NCBI GenBank assembly: GCA_030390025.1
Contig: CM059432.1
Location: 27,592,001-27,656,000, forward strand
DNA length: 64,000 bases
Direction: 5' to 3'
Source of the DNA: Squalus acanthias
Taxonomy: Eukaryota
Under the pieces are notes generated by a model. The model was not told the DNA's origin. It saw only the letters and a list, made by a program, of their open reading frames with translations, and made no database searches. The position numbers and the translations under genes are program-made. Of this stretch, positions 1 through 9,516 are shown piece by piece; the first letter of the stretch is position 1; every line of letters begins with the position of its first letter.

Positions 1-1656
1 GTGGTCGAATGCGATGCATCGGAGGTGGCGATCTCCACTACCTTGAATCAAGGTGGCCGACCCGTGGCATTCCTATCCAGAACCTTGCAGGGTAGCGAGC
101 TCCATTACCCCCCCGTCGAGAAGGAGGCTACGGCCATCATCGAGGCTGTACGCCAATGGGGTCATTTTCTTGCTCGGCGTCATTTTACGCTTATAACTGA
201 CCAGCGCTCTGCGGCCTTCATGTTGGATAACCGGAGGCGCACGAAAATCAAAAATAATAAAATTCAACTCTGGAGGATGGAGCTGGCTGCCTTTGGATAT
301 ACTATCTGTTACCGACCCGGCAAACAGAACGTGGCCCCAGATACCTTCACACGGGCATTTTGCTCCTCAATGTCAACGTCGACTCTGGCGGATTTGCATA
401 TGGACTTATGCCATCCTGGTGTGACCCGCATGTTGCACTTTGTGCGCTCCAAAAATCTACCATTTTCAACCGAGGACGTAAAGAAAACATGCTCCTCCTG
501 TAGGATTTGTGCAGAATTGAAACCACAATTCTTTCGCCCATCAGATGGCTTACTCATACATGCAATGCAGCCTATGCAGAGGCTCAGCATAGACTTTAAA
601 GGGTCATTGCCTTCGTCGACAAGGAACACCTACCTACTTACGATGGTGGTCGAGTATTCACGCTTTCCCTTCGCCTTCCCCTGCCCTAATATGCTTACCT
701 CTACGGTAATTAAATGCCTCGATCAGGTCTTTCCCCTTTGCGGGACGGCCAATTTTATCCACACTGATCGGGGTCCCTCCTTTATGTCGAGTGAACTTAA
801 AAGTTATCTCTCCCAACGGGGAATCGCCTCAAGTAGGACGACACCATATCACCCAATCGGTAACGGACAGGTTGAACGATACAATGCCATCATCTGGAAC
901 GCTGTCCGTCTGGCGCTAAGGTCACGCAACCTGCCGGACCAGCAGTGGGAAACGGTCCTCCCCGACGCGTTACACTCTATCAGGTCTCTTCTCTCCACAT
1001 CTACTAATGTCACGCCTCATGAGCGATTCTTCAAATTCCGGCGTCGCTCTACACATGGGACGTCTCTACCGTCATGGTTGGTGGCTCCAGGCCCGGTACT
1101 ACTCCGGAGGTTCGTCCGGTCTGCCAAAAACGACCCTCTCGTTGACGAGGTGGAGTTAACGGAGGTAAACCCCACGTATGCGCACGTACGGTACCCTGAT
1201 GGCCGGGAGACCACCGTCTCGCTCCGAGATCTGGCTCCCTGCCCAACCGGTCACACGGGCCCGAATGATGAAGGATCCCCCGACAATGATATCAACACTC
1301 CGCACCCCTATGAAAATGACGCCCCGCCTGGGACATCGGGGGATCTGCCGGCAACGCTACCGGATCAACTCAGGGAGCTGGACGCTCCCCGTAGGATGGC
1401 CACCCGAAACCAGGACGCCGGACAATCTCCAGCCACGACCCGGGATGAGGCCAGCTCAGCACCTGTGGGGACCCGCACCCGGAGTCATGATATTCCCAGT
1501 CCTCCACAGGATGATCAAGATGACGCGGACTCTACTGACTTACCGGTACGGGCCAAGCGACCCAGGGACCAGGACACGGTCCGGGGAGACGTGCCTTCCA
1601 GTCACAAGCAGAGAGCTAAACGTCTGCGGCTATTTCTGGTCCGCCTAGTCCGTTAA
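1..1656 (+). CDS. pol: Ty3/Gypsy pol, 3' part (RNase H + integrase); the 5' end lies outside the window
   Basis: Open 551-codon frame. RNase H residues (ECDAS, EKEA, ITDQ, APDTF) are followed by the integrase HHCC motif (LHMDLCH...CSSCRIC) and DDE triad (SIDFKG, HTDRG, VERYN). RH-before-IN is the Gypsy domain order. Confidence 0.95.
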   Translation: MVECDASEVAISTTLNQGGRPVAFLSRTLQGSELHYPPVEKEATAIIEAVRQWGHFLARRHFTLITDQRSAAFMLDNRRRTKIKNNKIQLWRMELAAFGYTICYRPGKQNVAPDTFTRAFCSSMSTSTLADLHMDLCHPGVTRMLHFVRSKNLPFSTEDVKKTCSSCRICAELKPQFFRPSDGLLIHAMQPMQRLSIDFKGSLPSSTRNTYLLTMVVEYSRFPFAFPCPNMLTSTVIKCLDQVFPLCGTANFIHTDRGPSFMSSELKSYLSQRGIASSRTTPYHPIGNGQVERYNAIIWNAVRLALRSRNLPDQQWETVLPDALHSIRSLLSTSTNVTPHERFFKFRRRSTHGTSLPSWLVAPGPVLLRRFVRSAKNDPLVDEVELTEVNPTYAHVRYPDGRETTVSLRDLAPCPTGHTGPNDEGSPDNDINTPHPYENDAPPGTSGDLPATLPDQLRELDAPRRMATRNQDAGQSPATTRDEASSAPVGTRTRSHDIPSPPQDDQDDADSTDLPVRAKRPRDQDTVRGDVPSSHKQRAKRLRLFLVRLVR

Positions 1657-1682
1657 AGGAAGACTGGACTTCCAAACCTTTT

Positions 1683-1694
1683 AGGGAGGAAGAA
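1683..1694 (+). promoter_or_regulatory. Polypurine tract of the Gypsy element
   Basis: agggaggaagaa lies directly before the TG that starts the LTR. Confidence 0.85.
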
Positions 1695-1909
1695 TGTCAT
1701 AAATCGCAAGTAACAACTCAGGAAGTACTACTGGGCGGCCAGCTGGGGCGCCGTCCAGGGAGTATAAATACTCCGGCATGGGCCCACCTTGGACAGAGAC
1801 AATCTGGAAACAGGAAGCTAGTGACTGCTAACTAGACCTCCATGTTTTGTTACAAGTTGATTAAAGCCTTGCTTTATGTTCAAGTGCGTAGTGAGTCTTT
1901 ATTACGTCA
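1695..1909 (+). mobile_element. 3' LTR (215 bp) of the Gypsy element
   Basis: TG...CA ends, TATAAA at 1763-1768, ATTAAA at 1860-1865. Collinear with the solo LTR at 38582-38804 (both end ttacgtca). LINE sequence follows. Confidence 0.88.
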
Positions 1910-2400
1910 CTCTCCACTTGTCTGGATGAGTGCAGCTCCAACAACACTCAAGAAGCTCGACACCATCCAGGACAAAGCAGCCCGCTTGATTCGCACCCCA
2001 TCCACCACTTTAAACATTCACTCCCTCCACCACCGGTGCACCGCGGCTGCAGTGTGTACCATCTACAAGATGCACTGCAGCAACTCTTCGACTCAACCTC
2101 TCAAACCCGCGACCTCTACCACCTAGAAGGACAAGGGCAGCAGGCGCATGGGAACACCACCACCTCCAAGTTCCCCTCCAAGTCACACACCATCCTGACT
2201 TAGAAGTATATCGCCGATCCTTCATCGTCACTGGGTCAAAATCCTGGAACTCCCTCCCTAACAGCACTGTGGAAGTACCTTTACCACACGGACTGCAGCG
2301 GTTCAAGAAGGCGGCTCACCACCACCTTCTCAAGGGCAATTAGGGATGGGCAATAAATGCTGGCCTTGCCAGCGACACATACATCCCATGAATGAATTTA
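1910..2400 (+). mobile_element. CR1-group LINE 3' fragment (family 1); host of the Gypsy insertion
   Basis: Encodes LKKLDTIQDKAARLI. Its tail gggatgggcaataaatgctggcc recurs at 6632-7105 (-) and 22212-22570 (+). Confidence 0.8.
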
Positions 2401-2404
2401 AAAA

Positions 2405-2932
2405 AACGCCCGTCTGCAAGCGAGCCAGTGCTTTCCCTTCATTCTGAAAAAAGTACAAGTTCACTGGACAGCCGAAGGAATGAGCCATGGCACATATGTG
2501 CAGCAACCCATGGCAGTGCCACACACTTAATTAAATATTAAAGGAATTAAATTCATTTCGGTGGGGGTTAATAGCAGAGCTTTGTCGCCACAATTGCAGT
2601 CTACAGTTCCAAGCACTCGTGGGAACGCAACAATTGATGAAGATTAATGGCTCTCTCGCCCAATTGTCTTGCTTTTGAGTTGAATGTAATACCTGGAAAA
2701 AAAGGCATTTATGACTTGTGCAAGAATGGACAGGAAAACTGGTTAACCTGGCTGCATCACCCATTACCTCTTGAATGAGCCAGTACTGGCCCAGAAATTA
2801 AGTATAATAGTGACTTTCTGAGCCACAGTTAGTGCAGTCCAATTTCTTGAGAAAGTTTGCAGATCTTCCCATAGGATGGTGTAAAGCTCTTCCAGGGCTT
2901 CTGCAGTGAAATACAGATTCCTTATACATACT
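2405..2932 (-). pseudogene. Degenerate PIF/Harbinger (HARBI1-like) DDE transposase
   Basis: Frameshifted minus-strand blocks occur in the expected order: LTVAQKVTIILNFWASTGSF, MGDAA, AFPRVLGTVDC (first Asp), RNEFNSFNI, FLRLS, GSLADG. Confidence 0.8.
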
Positions 2933-3603
2933 GGGGTAGAGTTTCCACTTTGGGTGCAATCAGCGATCCAGGTGCAAATTGCCCCCAAAATCATGCTAGT
3001 TTTGAGAAGTATCTTTTTATTCTCAAGTTTCCGCTCAAACTGATTTGCATATCGCCGAACATAAAATTTGTCACGAGCCAGTGCAATCAGGCAGCGTTTT
3101 AGAACCTAATTTTTTTTTTAATTTGCTTGAAAAATATTCCGTGATATATTCAAGAGTGGCAACTTGGTGCAGTTTGATTAATACAACAGAAAATGGGCTC
3201 ATCACAAAAAATAAGCATTTTTCATCAGAGTGTCCACCACCACCTGTGAGTAACCCGATTTTAAATAACTGAAAATGACTTTAAAATCTATACAGAAGCA
3301 TTTGCTATTATATTGGTGTACAGTAGTCAGTTTCTTAGCAAATTAAAAAAAATTATATTCAAAAGCTTTTAAAACATGCCTATTGGTGTCCTTGCGCCCA
3401 AAAGAACCAGCTTAATTTTAAGCGTCTCCTCAAAAGTCCGCAAACGGGCACAACTGGCGGAAGTTCGCCATGGTGATTAATTCGATCTGGGGGCGGGGCC
3501 AGCTTCTAGCGCGATTTTTTTAAACTAATGCAAAAGATCGCGGAAACTCGAGTTGCGTTGGATGTAATTTGCACTGGTTTGGCCGATTTGGGGCAAAATC
3601 CAA
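2933..3603 (-). mobile_element. Non-autonomous DNA transposon, inverted copy of 24128-25301
   Basis: Shares the terminus ggggtagagtttcc and internal blocks (attggtgtacagtagtcagtttctt; gtgattaattcgatctggggg) in reverse complement. Confidence 0.75.
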
Positions 3604-3757
3604 AGTAACCTATAAGTCTGTATGTAATAGCATCCTTCCTCAGCTCTGGTCTAAGTTATCCCTGCTTTATATTGGAGGAAGCACTAAAATGTGCTGCAAG
3701 CTGCATTTAAAGCTGGGCTCCTCTTAAAGTAGATACAACATGCAACAATTTGAAACC

Positions 3758-4470
3758 ATGGATCAAAAAGGAACCAGGAAGAAGAGAGCCTGAAACCTCT
3801 CATATAGTATCAGAAATATTGTTTTAACTGAAATTAGGTTTGGGGAAAGGGGGATGGAATAGTGGGAATGAACTTAAGGTACCTTCCAATACAGCAGCAA
3901 GGGGATAGGCACATGGCAGGCCTGGACAGACAGATGGTTTGTGTCATGTGCTAATGGTCAAAGATCAGAAATATCTTTTGAGGCTCATACTCTGAGAAGA
4001 CCCTTACAGCAGTTTAACAAGAAGGAAAAAGTGGACACCTGGCATTGTTCTTATCATGAACCCTATCACTTGCACTCACCAACCCAGATATATTAACTCA
4101 GGCAGGTACAGATAGTCTAAAGAAGGGATTGACATAGAGCGATTCACAGCTCTCAAGGAAGCCAGAGGAGGCGCTTTGGAAGCGGAGCATGGTGTACTTG
4201 AGCAAAAGCTTAGGAGATGTCAGATCCAGGCTGTTGACATTTAGATGATGATCAACAGGGATCCTAGAATGAAATGAATAATGCCTGCAAAGCATATGAA
4301 GAGCCTGCAAAGAGTGTTCAAAGATTGCAGAAGGTGGCAGGGATGGTGACAGAGTCCAGTGCCATCCTACACAGCACTCTCAGGGAGGGTTTCTTTATGA
4401 TGCAGAGCATCCTGGAGCCAGTGATATCTCCAAGATCCTCCGCACATATCTCACAAAACGCAGAAATCTC
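3758..4470 (+). pseudogene. Possible degenerate Harbinger Myb/SANT gene, divergent from the transposase
   Basis: accATGg start encoding MDQKGTRKKRA*NLS, similar to the basic motif that opens Harbinger Myb domains. The remainder is highly decayed. Confidence 0.35.
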
Positions 4471-4820
4471 CTGACACGTAACTCATGGATATAGTGAGGA
4501 ATGGTCATCTGGGGCTGAGTATCTGTAGGAGAATCTCTGTCAGTGCTGTCTTATGAGTCTGGCTTCCTGGGTTGCCTGCTGTGCCTCATCCTCCAACAAA
4601 TAAATTACAAAAAGAAAATCCCCATGAGGAAAATCATTTTGCAGCCTTTCCCTTCATTTTAGAGAAACGTGCCAAACAAGAAACAGTCTCAAGAGAGAGA
4701 CTTTAGAATGAAGCTAGGAGCTTCCAAAATAAATAGCAGAAAAATAAAACCTTGGCAAAAGACCAATCTAAAGTAAAATTGTGAGCCTCTACATAACAGC
4801 GCATTGAAACACAGCAATTA

Positions 4821-5371
4821 GGGCTAAAAATTGAGTAGCGCCCCACTGGGGGTGCTAACTTTGCCGGGGAGCTAAAAAAATTAGCGCCCCCGCGCCAGAA
4901 ATTGAGTGGTTGCGCCCCAAGAGGGAAACGGGGCACTACGTTGTGCCGCGGTATTGCAGGCCTTCCTCCCCTTCTTAAAGGGGAGGGGCCTTGCGCATCA
5001 CGAACCAGGGCCCAGCTGCGCCCCCGGGGATTGGGAGTGCCGGCAAATGAGCCCGGCACTCAAGAGAAGTGCTAGGCTCTTGGAGTGCAGCAGGCACTCC
5101 GCGGTGGGGGGGGGGGGGTGCATATGAAGACCCTGCAAAGACATAGCGTCCGGCGGTAAGTCAGGGGGCGTTCCTGAAGATCGCGGCCGGGGCGCGAGCG
5201 GGGCGCTGCGCACGGCGATGACGTCATCGCCGGTGGTGCAGCGCCGCAGGGCGCTACCGGTTAGCACCGCCGCTAACCTCCCGCTGAATTTCACGGGAGG
5301 CGTGGGCGGTGCTGCACCAGGGCACTAGTTGCTTTGCGCCGGGAGGCACAAAGCAACTGAATTTTTACCCC
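4821..5371 (+). mobile_element. CpG-rich Harbinger-type MITE (subfamily A)
   Basis: TIRs gggctaaaaatt / aatttttacccc, with TTA on both flanks. Homologous to 42216-42976 and 31041-31779. Confidence 0.85.
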
Positions 5372-6047
5372 TTAATATTCCGGCATCAGCTTTCCTCAGC
5401 TGCTGGTCTATGTGACCATTGTTTTATAGTGGCATGTTAGACCAGTAGATCATAGGATGAAAACGATGGAATTTAGGACTGATGATGTCTTCCTGGCCTA
5501 AACACATCATTTACATGACTGCACCTTAGCTAGGTAAGCATATCTTACACTCTCCCTTGTTTCAGACAAATTTAGGGCAGAATTTAAATGGGGTGTAACT
5601 TGTAAGAATGTCATGTCATCTTCATGTCCCTCCCCCCACTCTCCCCCCCCCCGCCGATAGATCTACTAGATTTACATCCTACCAAACCATCGGAATTTGG
5701 AGGCATAGAATTTTATAACAGAGAAGACATTTGGCCCATGATGCTTGTGCCAGCTCTCTTAGCCCCACTCCCCTGTCCTTTTCCCATTTCCTTTTAAATT
5801 CTTCTTAATCATATATTTATCCATTTCCATTTTAAAAACTATTATGGTTTATGCTTCCACCATTGTTTCTGTTAGAGAATTCCCATGTTCTAACAACCTT
5901 GTGGATAAAATATTTCTCCTAATCTCGTTGTTTTGTTGACGAACTTAAGTTTATGCCCTTATATTCAGCCTAGACAGTGAGTTTTGGCAGATTATTCGAC
6001 TGTGAAGGAGCTTCTCAGCTGAGCCAACTGGGTTTGTAATGCGGTCG

Positions 6048-6482
6048 AGTTCAACAATTTTAGATCATAACCTCAGCTCCAATCACATTTATATTTTATT
6101 TTTTCCACCCTTTTATTTGCCCCCCCCACCTTTTTTTTCTCCTAGAAGCTGGCAGCTGTCCTTCATTCTGCCAGTGGATTTCACACTTCTTTCAGCCTTA
6201 ATCTGTCACATTAACACCACCTCTAGCCTTGCATATCTCTTAATGTCTCTTAATGTCTCTTCCTCTCCCCCTTTGTTCTTTTATCCTCTCCCCCTTTTCC
6301 CAGCTTTACTCTGGCCTTAAATCCATTTGATTTCCGGCTCTTCACAGTTCTGACGAAAGGTCATCGACCTGAAACGTTAACTCTCTTTCTCTCTCCACGG
6401 ATGCTGCCTGGCCTGCTGAGTTTTTCCAGCATTTTCTGTTGTTATTTCAGATTTCCAGCATCCGCAGTATTTTGCTATCGTA
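6048..6482 (+). mobile_element. 5'-truncated Penelope-like element, family B (ORF end + 3' repeat)
   Basis: Begins with the last codons (E)FNNFRS*, matching IEFNNFRQ* at 39363. Flanked by the 15-bp duplication tttgtaatgcggtcg (6033-6047, 6483-6497). Confidence 0.88.
6346..6382 (+). ncRNA. Minimal type I hammerhead ribozyme (family B)
   Basis: agtt-CTGACGA-a-aggtc(atc)gacct-GAAA-cg-tt-aact: intact core, stems I and II, palindromic stem III (AACGTT). Confidence 0.85.
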
Positions 6483-6631
6483 TTTGTAATGCGGTCGCTA
6501 GTTTGCCACCCTGTGAAAAATCATCTTTATTAGCGTTAATGTTCTGGCATTAGTTTGTCACTCAGCGCTAAGTAATGCGAGCTAAAGGTTTGGTTAGAGC
6601 TGGTGATTAAGTTCTCCAACAGCATTTAAAA

Positions 6632-7105
6632 AAAATTCATTCTGGGGTTATGGACATTGCCAGCAAGGCTGGCATTTATTGCCCATCCCTAGTTTCCCTG
6701 GTGGTAAACCACCTTCTTGAACTGCTCCAGCGCATGTGGTGAAGGTACTCCCACAGTACTGTTAGGTAGAGAGTTTCAGGATTTTGACCCAGCGATGATG
6801 AAGGAATGGTGATATTTTTCCAAGTCAGGATGGTGTGTGACTTCAAGGGGCACTTGGAGGTGGTGGTGTTCCCATGCGCCTGCTGCCCTTGTCCTTCTAG
6901 ATGGTAGAGGTCGCGGGTTTGGGAGGTGCTGCTGAAGCAGTCTTGGTGCATTGCTGCAGTGCCTCTTGTAGATGGTACACACTGTACGCCGGTGGTGGAG
7001 GAAGCGGATGTTTAATGTGTTGGACGGGCTGGCAATCAAGCGGACCGTTGGGTTCAGTATGGTGTCGAGCTTCTTGAGACTTATTGCAGCTGTCCCCATC
7101 CAGGC
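6632..7105 (-). mobile_element. CR1-group LINE 3' fragment (family 1)
   Basis: Reverse complement of 1910-2400 (LKKLDTIL...). Confidence 0.8.
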
Positions 7106-8139
7106 ATCTCTCGCTCCACAGTGGAATTGTAGCAATTATGTTTCCAACAGAGGATACAGAAGTGTGAGTGTGGCTGTTGCAATGACTGCTACATATTTAA
7201 TGATTACTCATCAGCATGTGCTGACATCACTTGTTTTCTACAGAGCAGGCATAGAGAGCATGACATTTAAATCAATGGTCATGTAAATATTTGATTAATA
7301 TGCAAAAATCTGATGTCTCTGCACTGACTGTGGCTATTATGGACTACAGTTGCAGAACTTGTTGGTTCTAAAACTTTGGTTGGGGGTAAAGAGGGGCCGA
7401 TGCCTTAGGACGTTTTATTTATTTTAAAGGCGCTATATAGGTGCGTTGTTGCTGAACAATGGAGAGCACAACAGTTTCAATGTGAAGTCAGCAGAGTACA
7501 TGTTGCATCAATGTCTCCCTTTAAGGGAAATTCTCAATCATTTTCTTTTGAACTCCAGATCTGGTCTATATGTTTGCATTTATTGGAGAACCATTTCTCA
7601 CGTATGGCCCTATGCAAAAATCTAGATGCTCTTTAACAAAAATACCCAGCTATACATACATAAAACATTTCAACCCCTCCCGCCCCCTGCAAAGGCTGGC
7701 AGACAGCCTGCTCTGCGTCCTGCTTTCAGCAGATGCTGCTCACTGTTTGACCTGATCTGATCTGATCTGATCCACCTGTGTTGGTTATCCTCCGACACCA
7801 GGCCTGGCCTTGGCCTGCGTCACCGCTCTCCACTTGCTTATTGCTGCCACCTTCCTTAATGTATGCCGCTCGCTCTGCTCACCGCCGCTGCCCGGTGTGG
7901 ACTCTCTATTCGACTTTTCCAGCGCTTGTCCACCCGCGGTGATATCTGTCGTGTTCTAAAGCTAGCCCACTGGTTTTCTGCTGCAGCGTCTCCACAGACA
8001 GGAGAGTTCAATTACAGCATGACAAACTTACACCAGCAGTTTCCATTATAAATGTGGACATAAAGTTTCATGTCTTATGACATCTTAGATTACAAGCAAT
8101 TTCCTGTAATTGTCCATACAATCTGTATCTGTCCTTTTG

Positions 8140-8665
8140 CCAGTGCTTCATGTATCATTGTGAGCTTGCATTGGTTTTCAATGCTCTCCTGGCTGACCTC
8201 CCATCTTCCATTCTCCAATAACTTGAGCTTATCCAAAACTCTGCTGTCCGTATCCTAACCTGCACCAAGCCCTGTGCTCACTGACCTACATTGGCTCCCT
8301 GGCCCCGAAGGCCTCTATTTTAAAATTCTCATCCTCATGCTCAAATCCACCCATGGCCTTGGCCCTCCCTCTCTCTGTAACCTCCTCCAGTCCTACAACC
8401 TCTGAGAAATCTGCATTCCACCAATTCTGGCCTCTTGTGCATCTCTAACTTCTTTCCCCCACCATTGACAGCCGTGCCTTCAGCTGTATGGCCCTAAGCT
8501 CTGCTATTCCCTCTCTAAAGCTCTCCACTTCTCTCTCCTCCTTTAAGACACTCCTTAAAACCCACCTTTTTGACCAAGCTTTTGGTCACCAGTTCTAATG
8601 CCTCCTTCTTTGGCTCTGTGTCATTTTTTTTATTTTGCTCCTATGAAGCACCTTGGGATGTTTTA
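8140..8665 (+). mobile_element. L2 LINE 3' fragment
   Basis: Blocks ctcactgacctacattggctcc and tttaaaattctcatcct are shared with the L2 copies at about 37090 and 41370. Confidence 0.7.
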
Positions 8666-9516
8666 CATAAGAACATAAGAAATAGGAGCAGGAGTAGGCC
8701 ATTCGGCCACTCGAGCCTGCTCCGCCATTCAATAAGATCTTCGATCTCAACTCCACTTTCCAGCCCAATTCCCATATCACTTGATTCTCTTAGAGTCCAA
8801 AAATTTATCAATCTCAGCCTTGAATATACTCAACGACTGAGCATCCACAGCCCTTTGGGGTTGAGAAGTTTAAAGATTCACAACCCTATGAGTGAAGAAA
8901 TTTCTCCTCGTCTCAGTTCTAAATGCCGACTCCTTATCCTGAGACTATGGCCCTAGTTCTAGACTCCCCAGCCAGGGAAAACAGCCTCTCAGCATCTACC
9001 CTGTCAAGCCCTCTCAGAACCTTATATGTTTCAATAAGGTCACCTCTCATTCTTCTAAACTCCAGAGAATATCAGCCCTTTCTACTCAATATCTCCTCAT
9101 AGGACAATCCTCCCATCTCAGGAATCAATCTAGTGAACCTTCGTTGCACCCCCCTCTAAGGCAAGTATATCCTTCCTTAGGTACAGAGACCAAAACTGTG
9201 CACAGTACTCGAAGTGTGGTCTCACCAGAGCCCTGTACAATTGTAGTAAGACTTCCTTACTCTTGTACTCTAACCCCCTTGCAATAAAGGCCAAAATGCC
9301 AATTGCCTTCCTAATTGCTTGCTGTATCTGTATGTTAACTTTCTGTGTTTCGTGTACAAGGACACCACATTTAATAGTTCCTCACCATTTAAAAAATATT
9401 CTGTTTTTCTATACTTCCTACCAAAGTGAATAACCTCACATTTCCCCACATTATACTCCATCTGCCACCTTCTTGCCCACTCACTTTACCAGTCTATATC
9501 CCTTTGCAGACTCTTT
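8666..9516 (-). mobile_element. CR1 LINE fragment (resumes at 11272-11310)
   Basis: Encodes MEYNVGKCEVIHFGRK and has a ttcttatg tail. The sequence continues after the 9517-11271 insertion. Confidence 0.88.

Noticed and set aside
7680..8040. Moderately CpG-rich unique stretch as a host exon or promoter
   Set aside because: No recognisable peptide, no paired splice sites and no clear motif cluster.
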